A model generated the notes under the pieces. It worked only from the letters and a program-made list of their open reading frames with translations, made no database searches and was not told the origin of the DNA. Positions 49,157 to 58,901 of a DNA stretch of 64,000 nt are shown one piece after another. A program made the translations under genes and the position numbers. This stretch comes from an uncultured bacterium (GTDB lineage Bacteria; Krumholzibacteriota; Krumholzibacteriia; Krumholzibacteriales; Krumholzibacteriaceae): assembly GCA_963786935.1 (NCBI GenBank), contig CAWBAN010000005.1, positions 160,001 through 224,000 on the forward strand. Reading direction: 5' to 3'. Positions within the stretch are counted from its first letter, which is position 1; each line of letters starts with the position of its first letter.

Positions 49157-50640
49157 CTCTTCAGCTTGAAGCACGAAAGGTAGAATCCCGAGCCGAGCGG
49201 GATGTTCACGAATTCGTAGTCGCTCGCGAACGCCGGCTGCTTCGCGATCTCCTCTTCCTGGATCTTGAGGGGCATCCGCTCCCGGCCGCGCGTTCCCCGG
49301 TGAATCCGGATGTTGCCGAGGAGCAGCAGGTCGGGACGCTTCTCGATGACGTACGCGCCGTCGGTCTTGAGATGCCCGGGCTGCGTGGCGACGACGGCGC
49401 CGTGCCGCGCGATGTAGCGCTCGGTGAGGCCGAGGATGTCGACGATCTTCATGTCGGTGTAATATCCGATCGCTCCCGTCGATCCGCATCCGATGGTCGT
49501 TTCCTCCGGGAGAATCTCCCGCAACCGCCGGCCGAGGTGGGCGAACGCGCCGACCGTGGTGCGCTCGATCGTGAACGTTTCGCGGCCGACGGCGCCCGGC
49601 GCCGCGGCGAGGAGGACGAGCGCGATCGCGAGGACGGAGGCCCTCGCGTCGCGCGCCGCGACCGCGGCGACCCCGCGCGAGGCGGCGAGCGCGACGAACG
49701 GGAGAACCGGCAGCAGCAGCTGGTGGTACGGCATCCAGTCTCCGCCGAGCAGGAGCACCTCGATTCCGGCGACACCGGTGAAGAGGAGGGGAAGCGAGAG
49801 GCTCTCCAGATCGCTCCCGGCCGCGCGCAGCAGGAAGGCGCCGGCGGCGAAGAGGTAGCCGTAGCGCAGGGCGAATCCGGCCACGTAGCGCGCGCCGTTC
49901 TCGATCATGAGGCCGCTCGGGCCGGTCTTCGCGTAAAAGGTGTTCGGGAGCAGCGCGTGGAAATAGCTCCATTTCCAGGCGAAGTACGGCGCGTAGAAAA
50001 CCGCCGCGACGCCGAGCCCGAGGGCGGCGACCGTTTTTCGCCGGGGGCTCCGCGCGACGAGCAGGAGAAACGCGATCGCGAAAAAGAGCATTCCCTCGGG
50101 GCGGACGAGGCCGAGGAGCGCGAAGACGACGAGGGCGGCCCCGGGGCGCTCCCCCGAGCGCAGCAGCATGAATCCCGCGAGCAGCAGGAACATGAAGAGC
50201 GGAATCTCCGAGCCGCTGTAGCTCCAGACGAGGAAGGGAGGGGACGCGGCGAGCATCGCCGAGGGGAGGAGCACGGCGGCGGCGTCCCGCCACCCCGGGC
50301 GCTCCCCCGCCGGCTCGAGGCCGCGCCGCGCCGCGAACGCGGCGAGGACGAGCGTGCCGAGGGAGAAGACGAGGCTCAGCGTCCGGGCGGAGGCGATGAG
50401 GGGAAAGCCGAGCTTTCCCGCGACGACGACGATGAGGAGCCAGAGGAAGTTCGTGTAGCCTTCCACCCGCTCGCCGGGATTGAACACGAAGCCCTCGCCG
50501 CGCAGGACGTTCCGCGCGTAGCGGAGCGTGATGAACGTGTCGTCGGGTATGTAGTGGAACGCCGAGAGCCCCGCCGCGAACACGGCGAGCGTCGCGAGAG
50601 AGAGGATGAGGAGCCGTGTACGATGGCGCACGGGGCGCAC
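49096..50640 (-). CDS. GT-C membrane glycosyltransferase (AftB-like)
   Basis: PDDTFITLRYARN...FNPGERVEGYTNFLW, RPEG, PNTFYAK, GGDWM, DILGL. Confidence 0.82.
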   Translation of the reverse strand: MRPVRHRTRLLILSLATLAVFAAGLSAFHYIPDDTFITLRYARNVLRGEGFVFNPGERVEGYTNFLWLLIVVVAGKLGFPLIASARTLSLVFSLGTLVLAAFAARRGLEPAGERPGWRDAAAVLLPSAMLAASPPFLVWSYSGSEIPLFMFLLLAGFMLLRSGERPGAALVVFALLGLVRPEGMLFFAIAFLLLVARSPRRKTVAALGLGVAAVFYAPYFAWKWSYFHALLPNTFYAKTGPSGLMIENGARYVAGFALRYGYLFAAGAFLLRAAGSDLESLSLPLLFTGVAGIEVLLLGGDWMPYHQLLLPVLPFVALAASRGVAAVAARDARASVLAIALVLLAAAPGAVGRETFTIERTTVGAFAHLGRRLREILPEETTIGCGSTGAIGYYTDMKIVDILGLTERYIARHGAVVATQPGHLKTDGAYVIEKRPDLLLLGNIRIHRGTRGRERMPLKIQEEEIAKQPAFASDYEFVNIPLGSGFYLSCFKLKSYFLPLETDAPAPSAPAPLP

Positions 50641-50642
50641 CC

Positions 50643-50885
50643 CTAGTTCTCGAGAAAGATCGCGTTGCAGGTGATCGTATTCTGGACGCCGGGAATCGTC
50701 TGGATCTTCTCGATGACGAACCGGCCGATCTCGTTGAACGTCGATCCGTCCACGACGGCGATCATGTCGTACGGGCCCGAGACGGCGTACACCATTTCGA
50801 CGTGTTTCATCTTGGAGAGCACGCTGTACACCTCGCCGGCGACTCCCGCGGCGAGATTGATGAGAACGAACGCCTTTGCCCTCAT
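50643..50885 (-). CDS. Stand-alone Lrp/AsnC ligand-binding domain protein
   Basis: AFVLIN, VSGPYDMIA, IPGV..TIT; no HTH. Confidence 0.88.
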   Translation of the reverse strand: MRAKAFVLINLAAGVAGEVYSVLSKMKHVEMVYAVSGPYDMIAVVDGSTFNEIGRFVIEKIQTIPGVQNTITCNAIFLEN

Positions 50886-51034
50886 ACGATCCTCCTTTGG
50901 ACCATGCGAACGAACGCTTGAGCGCGCGCGGCCATTATGTCAGAATGGAACGTCGGTTTCAACGCGTTTCGGGCCGCGAACCCTCTCGGGGGGGGCGCGG
51001 GGAACCGCCGGAGCGCCGTGCCGGGAGCGTCCTT

Positions 51035-53389
51035 TTGAATCGCACACGGTACATCGTCATCCTCGCGGCGCTGTTCTGCCTCGCGAACGTCGCCCGCGGG
51101 GCGTACCGCGGACGGGTCGAGCAGCCCCGTTTCGCGGCCGAGGGCGCGGCCCATTTCCGGTACACGGAGATGGTCGCCGAGGGAAGGCAGATCCCGGCGC
51201 TCGATAGGCGCGCGCAGTGGCCCGAGGGGCTCCGCGTCTTCCGCGAGACGTCCCCCGCCATGGAATATCTCGTCGGCTGGACGTACCGCCTCCTGCCGGG
51301 AGACAAGCCGGATCTCGCGTCCTACGTGCGGTACTTCTCCGCGTTCTTCTTCTCCCTCGCGATCGTGCCGCTCGCGCTCATCTCGGCGAGGCTCTGGAAG
51401 AGCGCCGGCGCCGGCCTCCTCACGGCGCTCCTCGTCGCGGTCGCGCTCCCGCTCGTCGCGCGCTCGAGCGGATTCGACTACATCAGGGAGAACGTATCGC
51501 TGCCGTTCATCGCCTATCACCTGTTCTTCTACGTCGCCGCGTGCGCGGGAGGCGGCGCGGCGATGCCGGTCCTCTCGGGCGTGTTTCTCTTCGCGGCGCT
51601 CGCGTCGTGGCAGGGTTCGCAGTTCTACCTCGTTCCGTTTCTCGCGTTCATCCTCGTCCGCGGGATCGCCGCGGAGGAGACGCCGCACGCCCGCCGGGCG
51701 GGGCGCGCGGTCGTCTGCGCGATCGCCGCGGCGGGGGCGCTCGTCCCGTTTCTCCGGGAGAGCAGGTTCCTGCTCTCCATTCCGGCGGCGCTCGCCGCGG
51801 CCGTGCTCGCGGTCGATCTCCTCGCGCCGCGCCTCGCCGCCCGCGGCGGCCGGGGGAGGGAACGGAAGGGAGCGCCCGCCGGCGGGAACGCCGTGGCGGC
51901 GCGCGGGGCGATCGCGGCGGTCGCCGTCGCGGCGGTTATGCTTCCCGCCGTCGTTTCGGCGCGGCATTTCGCGTCCTACGCCCATTTCTTCGATCTCGTG
52001 ACGTACAAGCTGCGCTATCTCAGGAAGCCGGACGATCCGCGGCTCCTGCCGTTCGACGCGCGGGCGTTCTGGGTCGGCCCGTTCAACTCCCCGGACGCGC
52101 TTCACTTCTTCGTCTTCGCGCTGCCGATCACGCTGCTCCTGCCGGGCCCGCTCTCGATCCTCGCCTGGCGCGCCCGGCGTCGCGACGCCGAAGCGCTCGT
52201 TGTTCTCGTGCTGCTGGTCGTGTTCTTTCTGCTGTTTCTCCTCATGCAGCGGCTCTCGCCGCTGTTCGGATTCTTCGCCGCGATCGCGGCGGGCGGGAAC
52301 GTTCCCCTCCTCCTGCAGGCGCCGGGCATCCGCCGTCTGGCGAGCCCCGCCTGTCTCGTCATGGCGGCCGTCGTCGCCGTTTTCCTGTTCCAGGATTTCG
52401 GCTGGGAGGGAAGGCACGATTATTGGCGTCGGCTCGCCCGGACGCTCAAGGTGCCCGCGCGCGACCGCTTCACGATCTATCCGACCGCGGGGGACGTCGA
52501 AGGGGATCTCCTCGCGTGGGTGCGCGGAAACGTCGAGCCCGGCGCGGCCGTCATGTCGCTCCACTATTTCTCCCCGCAGGTGCTCACCTACGCGGACCGC
52601 GCGACGAATCTCAACGACTTCTTCGAATCCCCGCGGCTGCGGCGGAAGGCCGAGCGGCTTCTCGTCGCCCTGTATTCGGACGAGGAGACGCTGTACGGAT
52701 TCTGCGCGGAGCAATCGAGCGACTACCTCGTCGTCAGCTGCGCCGTCGGCTGCGACGCGACGAAGGATTCCCCGCTCTATCAGGCGGGATTCGTCAATAT
52801 GCCTCCCGATTGCGCGGCCTATCGCCTCATGTTCGATCCCGGGCGGCTCTCGCGATTCGATCTCGCGTACGAGAACGAGATGTACCGCGTGTTCCGCGTC
52901 GGGCGCGCGGCGAGCCCGCGCGCCTGGCCGCGCTCGCCGCTCTTCTACGAGAAGGATCTCCTCTGGGGCATGGGGGGCGGCATCGACCGCTTCTACGGCT
53001 CCGCGATGCGGATATACGCGCTCACGTCGCGCGGACGAACGCAGCTTCTCCGGGGACGCGAGCAGGACGGGGAGCGGAGCCTCATCGAGGCGCTCCGGAT
53101 ATTCTATTTCTATCCGGCGTGGAAAGCGCTCGACGGGCTCTACGCGCGGCGCGACCGCGTCGCGGAGCGGGAGACGGCGGCCGCGTTCGCGTACCGCTAC
53201 GATCCGAACCGCGCCGACGTCTGCCTCGCGCTCGCTGAGAGCCGGCTCGCGCGCGGATCGACCGAAGGGGTGCGGGAGATTCTCGACCGGTTCATGGAGC
53301 TCCCCGCCCCCGTCGGCGACCGGTCGCGCGCCGCAGCTCTGCTCGAAACGCTCGGGGGCGGCGAGAGCCGGCCGGAAGGGCGCCGATGA
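51035..53389 (+). CDS. GT-C glycosyltransferase of the STT3/DPY19 clan (DPY19-like motifs)
   Basis: FAAEGAAHFRY, DRRAQWPEG, IRENVSLPF, SWQGSQF, AWVRGN...RATNLNDFFE. Start uncertain (TTG 51035 or ATG 50945). Confidence 0.75.
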   Translation: MNRTRYIVILAALFCLANVARGAYRGRVEQPRFAAEGAAHFRYTEMVAEGRQIPALDRRAQWPEGLRVFRETSPAMEYLVGWTYRLLPGDKPDLASYVRYFSAFFFSLAIVPLALISARLWKSAGAGLLTALLVAVALPLVARSSGFDYIRENVSLPFIAYHLFFYVAACAGGGAAMPVLSGVFLFAALASWQGSQFYLVPFLAFILVRGIAAEETPHARRAGRAVVCAIAAAGALVPFLRESRFLLSIPAALAAAVLAVDLLAPRLAARGGRGRERKGAPAGGNAVAARGAIAAVAVAAVMLPAVVSARHFASYAHFFDLVTYKLRYLRKPDDPRLLPFDARAFWVGPFNSPDALHFFVFALPITLLLPGPLSILAWRARRRDAEALVVLVLLVVFFLLFLLMQRLSPLFGFFAAIAAGGNVPLLLQAPGIRRLASPACLVMAAVVAVFLFQDFGWEGRHDYWRRLARTLKVPARDRFTIYPTAGDVEGDLLAWVRGNVEPGAAVMSLHYFSPQVLTYADRATNLNDFFESPRLRRKAERLLVALYSDEETLYGFCAEQSSDYLVVSCAVGCDATKDSPLYQAGFVNMPPDCAAYRLMFDPGRLSRFDLAYENEMYRVFRVGRAASPRAWPRSPLFYEKDLLWGMGGGIDRFYGSAMRIYALTSRGRTQLLRGREQDGERSLIEALRIFYFYPAWKALDGLYARRDRVAERETAAAFAYRYDPNRADVCLALAESRLARGSTEGVREILDRFMELPAPVGDRSRAAALLETLGGGESRPEGRR

Positions 53390-55050
53390 GGGGAATCGCC
53401 GGTGCCCCGGGGGCCGCGCCCGGCCGCGCCGTCCGCGCGCCGCGGGGCGGGTGGGCGTTCCGCGTCGCGCTCGCCGCCGTCGCGGCGTCCTGCGCCGTGT
53501 TCGTCCTCGCCGCCGGCACGCCGCGGCTCCTCACGGTCGTTCCCGACGACGCCGCGTACTACTTCGAGATCGCGGAGAACGCGGCCGCCGGCAGGGGGCT
53601 CACCTTCGACGGGCTCAACCGGACGAACGGCTTCCAGCCGCTCTGGCTCGCCGTTCTCGTGCCCGTCTGCGCCGTCCATCGCGGCGAGCCGGAAACGATG
53701 CTCAGGATCTTCCTGCTCCTCCAGATCGCGCTGCTGTCGGGCGCCGGCGCCCTCATCCATTCGCTCCTGGCGCGGTATTACCGGCCGTCCGTCGCGTTCC
53801 TCGGCGGCATGCTCTTCGTATTCGCCGTGTTCCTTCCCGCCGTCAACGGGATGGAATCGGCGATTCTCGTATTCTGCCTCGCGCTCGCCCTTCGCGACGC
53901 CGCGAGATCCGCGCTCGTCGTCGGGGGGAGCGGGAAACGGCATCTGCTCTTCGGGCTGCTCCTCGGCCTCATCGTCCTCGCGCGGCTCGACATGATATTC
54001 GTCCCCGTCGTCGTAGGCGCGGCGTGCCTCGTCCGGATCGTCGCGGAACGGCAGCGGCGCGGGGCGGCGGCGCGCCGGCTCCTCGGGCTCGCCGCGGGCG
54101 TCGCGCTCGTCGTCGGGCCGTATCTCGCGTTCAATCTCGTATCCTTCGGCGGCATGATGCCGATGAGCGGCATGCTCAAATCGAGCTTTCCCTCGATCGC
54201 CTTTTCCGGAGGAATGCCGGCGGGATTGGGGAAGCGCCCGCTCTTCGGCCTCGTTCTCGCGGCCGCGTATCTCGCGTGGTTCGGCGCGCGATACGGGGAG
54301 CTCCGGCGCGACCGTTCGGGGCGCCTCGCGTTCCAGGGAGGCATGGCGCTCGCGGCCGCCGCGGTGCTGCTGCATTTCCTGCACACGGTTCTTTTCATGA
54401 AGTGGGCCGTCTTCTCCTGGCACTTCATTCCGTACGCGCTCCTCGGATGTCTCGTCGCGTGCGAACCGCTCGCGCGCGCGTTCTCCGGCGCGCTCGCGGG
54501 GGCGCGGCGCGCGGCGTACGCGACGGTCGCCGCGGCGATACTGTGCGCGGGGCTCTTCGGCGCGATCCGCTCGTTCGACCGGCCCCTCGGGCGGAGCTGG
54601 TGCGTGGCCGCCTACGACGCCGCGCGCTGGGCGCGGCGCGAGACCCCCGCGGCGGCGGTGTTCGCCATGAAGGACGCGGGCACCTTCGGTTATTTCAGCG
54701 GGCGATCGACCGTCAATCTCGACGGCGTCGTGAACGGCCTCGATCTTCAGCGCGCGCTCCGGGACAAGGCGCTCGCCCGTTATCTCGCGAGGCTCGGCGT
54801 CCGTTATATCGTGCAGCACGCGTTCTGGGACCGTCCCGATATCGTCGCCGGCGACTACGGGGAGCTCCGGATGAGCTTCCGGAGCCGCCTCTACGAGGCG
54901 GACAGCGACGAGATCGTCGTCTACCGGAGCGACGAGGCGTATCGCTCCCGCCCGTACTCCGACGGTCCGTACGAGACCGTGTTCCTCGTCTGGAGACTGC
55001 GGTCGACGGCGGGGGAGAGGAGCGCGCCGGCTCTCCCCGGCGTCCGATGA
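53386..55050 (+). CDS. GT-C-like membrane glycosyltransferase
   Basis: PDDAAYY...TFDG..TNGFQPLW, NGMES, ARLD, NLDGVVN; ATGA overlap with the upstream gene. Confidence 0.78.
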   Translation: MRGIAGAPGAAPGRAVRAPRGGWAFRVALAAVAASCAVFVLAAGTPRLLTVVPDDAAYYFEIAENAAAGRGLTFDGLNRTNGFQPLWLAVLVPVCAVHRGEPETMLRIFLLLQIALLSGAGALIHSLLARYYRPSVAFLGGMLFVFAVFLPAVNGMESAILVFCLALALRDAARSALVVGGSGKRHLLFGLLLGLIVLARLDMIFVPVVVGAACLVRIVAERQRRGAAARRLLGLAAGVALVVGPYLAFNLVSFGGMMPMSGMLKSSFPSIAFSGGMPAGLGKRPLFGLVLAAAYLAWFGARYGELRRDRSGRLAFQGGMALAAAAVLLHFLHTVLFMKWAVFSWHFIPYALLGCLVACEPLARAFSGALAGARRAAYATVAAAILCAGLFGAIRSFDRPLGRSWCVAAYDAARWARRETPAAAVFAMKDAGTFGYFSGRSTVNLDGVVNGLDLQRALRDKALARYLARLGVRYIVQHAFWDRPDIVAGDYGELRMSFRSRLYEADSDEIVVYRSDEAYRSRPYSDGPYETVFLVWRLRSTAGERSAPALPGVR

Positions 55051-55054
55051 GCAT

Positions 55055-55083
55055 TTGACAACGGCCGGCGCCGCCCGTATAAT
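55055..55083 (+). promoter_or_regulatory. Perfect-consensus sigma70 promoter
   Basis: TTGACA-17 nt-TATAAT. Confidence 0.85.
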
Positions 55084-55134
55084 GCGACTCGCCTTGTCCG
55101 CATCGCACTCGAGCATCCGCCGGGAGGGCGACAC

Positions 55135-56790
55135 GTGCATTACCAGAACTACTTCGCGTTGATCGGCGGGCTCGGCTTTTTCTTCTACGGCATCCGCCTG
55201 ATGTCGGACAGCCTCCGCAAGGTTTCGAGCGACCGGCTCAAGAACGTTCTCGAGCTCCTCACCCGCAACCGGTTCATCAGCCTGCTCACGGGCATCGTCG
55301 TGACGACGCTCATCCAGAGCTCGAGCGCGCTCACCGTCATGCTCGTCGGATTCGTGAACGCGGGGCTCATGACCCTCCGGCAGGCGATCCCGGTCATCTT
55401 CGGGGCCAATATCGGGACGACGACGATGGCGTGGATCGTGAGCTTCGTCGCGCTCCTCGACATATTCGCCTTCGCGCTTCCCCTCGTGGCGATCGGGTTC
55501 CTCATGATGGAGGTGCCGAAGCGGCCGCACGTGAAGAACTGGGGAGGGGCGATCTTCGGGTTCGCCATCCTCATGGTCGGTCTCGGCTTCATGAAGGATT
55601 CGGTCGCGCCGCTCCAGGCGAGCCAGCAGGTCCGCGACGTCATGGTCAACTTCAGCCGCTATCCGATTCTCGGCGTGCTCGTCGGAACCATCGTGACGAT
55701 GGTGCTCCAGAGCAGCGGAGCGACGATCGCGATCGTGCAGGTGCTCGCCTTCCGGGGGCTCATCGATTTCCCGTCCTCCGTGTCCCTCATCCTCGGGGAC
55801 AACATCGGGACGACGATCACCGCGCAGCTCGCCGCGATCGGGACGAACACGGGCGCCAAACGCGTCGCCTGGGCGCACACGATGTTCAACGTCTTCGGGG
55901 TCTGCTACATGCTCGTGTTCGTGTACCTCGGATGGTATCCGCGGCTGATCCAGTCGTTCTTCCCCGGCGGGATCACCGAGAACAACATCATGATGCACAT
56001 CGCGCTCGCGCACACCATCTTCAACGTGACCAACACGATCGTCTTCCTTCCCGGGACGCGGCTCCTCCAGCGGGTCGTCGAGAGAATCGTCCCGCAGAAG
56101 GAGGAGCTCATCAGCATGCGGCCCCAGTATCTCGAGAAGCGCCTCCTCGAGACCCCCATCATCGCGCTCGAGCAGAGCAAGAAGGAGATCATCTCGATGC
56201 TCCGGCTCGCCGATTCGGCGCTGCGGGATTCGTTCGGGCTCTTCTTCACCGAGAAATGGGATCTCGAGCAGAAGGTCAAGCGCAAGGAGGAGGCCGTCGA
56301 CAACCTGCAGGCGGAGATCACGCGATATCTCATCGACATCTCCATGCGCCAGCTCGACGAATCGGAGGCGGAGCAGATCCCCGTCCTCATCCATACGGTG
56401 AACGACGTCGAGCGGATCGGAGATCACGCGGAGAACATCCTCGAGCTCGCCCAGCGGAAGATCGGCCAGAAGCTCGCCTTCAGCGAGGACGCGAAGGCGG
56501 AGCTGAGACGGATGATCGAGACGGTACAGGAGATGATCAACGAGGTCGCCCTCGGCCTCGAAACGGGGGATCACTCCCACGCCCACCGCGCGCTCCACTG
56601 CGAGGAGCAGCTCAACCGGATGCAGATCGAGCTCCGGCATTCTCACGTGCAGCGGCTCAACGACGGCTCATGCAAGGTGCTGTCGGGGCTCGTGTATCTC
56701 GATTTCGTGGATTTTCTTGAGAAGATCGGCGACCATCTCACCAACATCGCTCAGGGATTGCTCAGCGGGCTTCGCTGGGAATCGGACTGA
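55135..56790 (+). CDS. Na+/Pi cotransporter (NptA/YjbB) with PhoU domains
   Basis: QSSSA and QSSGA repeats, GANIGTT and GDNIGTT, ERIGDH and EKIGDH. Confidence 0.94.
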   Translation: MHYQNYFALIGGLGFFFYGIRLMSDSLRKVSSDRLKNVLELLTRNRFISLLTGIVVTTLIQSSSALTVMLVGFVNAGLMTLRQAIPVIFGANIGTTTMAWIVSFVALLDIFAFALPLVAIGFLMMEVPKRPHVKNWGGAIFGFAILMVGLGFMKDSVAPLQASQQVRDVMVNFSRYPILGVLVGTIVTMVLQSSGATIAIVQVLAFRGLIDFPSSVSLILGDNIGTTITAQLAAIGTNTGAKRVAWAHTMFNVFGVCYMLVFVYLGWYPRLIQSFFPGGITENNIMMHIALAHTIFNVTNTIVFLPGTRLLQRVVERIVPQKEELISMRPQYLEKRLLETPIIALEQSKKEIISMLRLADSALRDSFGLFFTEKWDLEQKVKRKEEAVDNLQAEITRYLIDISMRQLDESEAEQIPVLIHTVNDVERIGDHAENILELAQRKIGQKLAFSEDAKAELRRMIETVQEMINEVALGLETGDHSHAHRALHCEEQLNRMQIELRHSHVQRLNDGSCKVLSGLVYLDFVDFLEKIGDHLTNIAQGLLSGLRWESD

Positions 56791-58901
56791 GCCGGATTCC
56801 ATATTCCCAGCTGCTTCTCGAGCCGCTCGATGTGCACCGGCGCCGCCGAGTAGATCGGATCGAAGTCGCGGGCGAGCCGCATGTGGCGGAGCGCCCCCCG
56901 GTAATCCCCGAGCTTGTCGAGCACGATCCCCATGTTGAAGTGCAGGCTCGATTCGTACGGGTGCCGCGCGATCGCCGCGTCGAGGATCTCGCGGGCCTCA
57001 TTCATCCGGTTCAGCCTCATTTCGATCACGGCGAGATTGTTGGAGGCGCGCCAGTCGTCGGGGTAGGTCGCGATGACGCGCTCGTACATCGCCCGCGCGT
57101 CGTCGATCCGGTTCGCCTCCTGGAGCTCGGCCCCCCGGTTGAGCATCGCCGAGACGAGGTTCCGGACGTTCTCCTCGTTTCCGGGCTCGAGGGCGAGCGC
57201 GCGTTCGTACGCCGCGATGGCCGGCTCGTAGCGGTTGCCGTTGTTCCGCGCGAATCCGAGACGCCGCCAGAACGCGACGCTCTCGGGGTAGGCGACGGTG
57301 AGCGTTTCGAGCTGAGCGATCGCCTCGGGAAACCAGCGGTTCGCGATGAGGGCGTCGGCGAGCTCGAATCGCGCGTGCGGGGCGCCCGGCTCGAGCTCGT
57401 GCGCGTCGAGGAAGCGGGTGATCGCCTCGGGGTATTCCTCGCGCTTCATCGCGATCCTCCCCAGACGCGCGTTCGCGAGGGCGTTGGCGGGATGCTTCTC
57501 GATCGAGACGAGATACGAGGCGTGGGCCTTCTCGACATCCCCGCCCTCGAGGGCGAAATCGGCGACGATCATCTCCGCCCGGCCCGGGTCGAGGTCGAGC
57601 CCGAAGAGACGCCGCTCCGCCCACCGCGGCGAAGCGTCGGCGAGCACGAGGGGGATCGTATGGAAGAGCCCGGCGAGAGCGAGCGCGAAGACGGCCCGTT
57701 TGAGATGCTCCGTGCCGGCGAGCTCCCGCGAAAGAGCGCACAGCGTGAAAACCGACAGCACGGGGCCCGCCACGGCGAGCGCGTGCCACGCGAGACCTCC
57801 CTCGACGGCGCCGGCGCCGAGGACGATGCCGGCGACGGCGGAGGCGGCGCACAGGCCGAGAAACGCGAGCTCGCCGGGAGCGCCGTCATCCGGCGTTGTC
57901 CGCGCGCGCTTCCGGACGCCGGCGGCGAGGAGAACGGCTCCCGCGGCCGAGGCCGGTCCGAGGATCAAGATCTCGTTGAGGGCGCTCAACAGGTCGCGGC
58001 CGCCGAACGGGAAATTCATCGAGAGCGAGGCCGGCCAGCCGTTTCCCGACGCTTTCGCGATCGCCGCGAGCGCGATCTGCGCGCCCGCGAGACAGAGAAC
58101 GAACAGCCCGCCGGCAGCGAGCGCCCGCCTCCGCGAACCGGGCGCGCGGGCGGCGCGCGCGAGGAGATAGACGAACGGGGGCACGAGGATCGCGGCCGAG
58201 AAGTGAACGTGCACGGCGGCGGCGAGGAGGATCGCGGGAAGCGCGGGGGAGCATGTGCCCCGCAGGGAGCGGATCGACTCCGTGACGAAGGCGAGCGCGG
58301 CGACGATCGCGAGCTGCGCGGTTCCGCCCGCGCCGAAGAAGAGGGCCGCGAAGCCCCCTGAAAGCAGCACGGCGGCCGCGGGACGCTCGAGCCCGCCGTT
58401 CTCCCGCTCGCCGAAGAGGAGCCCGGCCGCCCGGACGGCGAGCACCGCGTAGATCGCGCCGGCGAGGATGCTGAAGAAAGTGAGGATCGAGCCGGCGCTC
58501 GAGAGGAACACGGTGTTCATGAACCGGTAGGCCGCCCACTGGATGAAGGTGCCGAGCAGCGCGTTGGGCGGGTACGCGCCCGTTTCGATCGCCGCGCCCA
58601 GCGCAAAGCGTTCTCCCCAGAGATCGGCGCGGGATCTGAGGAGCCACAGGAGAATCGCGGAGAGGGCCGCGACCGCGGCCAGCCGCGCGGCGCGGGAGGG
58701 GATACGGGGGATCGCCCGGAGCGGATCGGGCGCCGATTTCACGAACATCTGCGGGACGACGACGATCGCGAGGACGAGCCCGGCGAGCGGCGCGATCGCG
58801 CCCCATGCCGAGAGCCCCCAGAGCGTTTTGACCCGGAGAAACGACGCGACGAGAGCGAGCACCACGAAGCCCGCGGGCAGCGCGATCGAGATTCGTTTCA
58901 T
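56751..58901 (-). CDS. Multi-pass membrane protein with C-terminal TPRs
   Basis: Hydrophobic N-terminal two-thirds followed by TPR motifs. Confidence 0.8.
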   Translation of the reverse strand: MKRISIALPAGFVVLALVASFLRVKTLWGLSAWGAIAPLAGLVLAIVVVPQMFVKSAPDPLRAIPRIPSRAARLAAVAALSAILLWLLRSRADLWGERFALGAAIETGAYPPNALLGTFIQWAAYRFMNTVFLSSAGSILTFFSILAGAIYAVLAVRAAGLLFGERENGGLERPAAAVLLSGGFAALFFGAGGTAQLAIVAALAFVTESIRSLRGTCSPALPAILLAAAVHVHFSAAILVPPFVYLLARAARAPGSRRRALAAGGLFVLCLAGAQIALAAIAKASGNGWPASLSMNFPFGGRDLLSALNEILILGPASAAGAVLLAAGVRKRARTTPDDGAPGELAFLGLCAASAVAGIVLGAGAVEGGLAWHALAVAGPVLSVFTLCALSRELAGTEHLKRAVFALALAGLFHTIPLVLADASPRWAERRLFGLDLDPGRAEMIVADFALEGGDVEKAHASYLVSIEKHPANALANARLGRIAMKREEYPEAITRFLDAHELEPGAPHARFELADALIANRWFPEAIAQLETLTVAYPESVAFWRRLGFARNNGNRYEPAIAAYERALALEPGNEENVRNLVSAMLNRGAELQEANRIDDARAMYERVIATYPDDWRASNNLAVIEMRLNRMNEAREILDAAIARHPYESSLHFNMGIVLDKLGDYRGALRHMRLARDFDPIYSAAPVHIERLEKQLGIWNPAQSDSQRSPLSNP

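Noticed and set aside
51035..53389. Canonical PglB/AglB oligosaccharyltransferase
   Set aside because: The WWDxG motif is missing.
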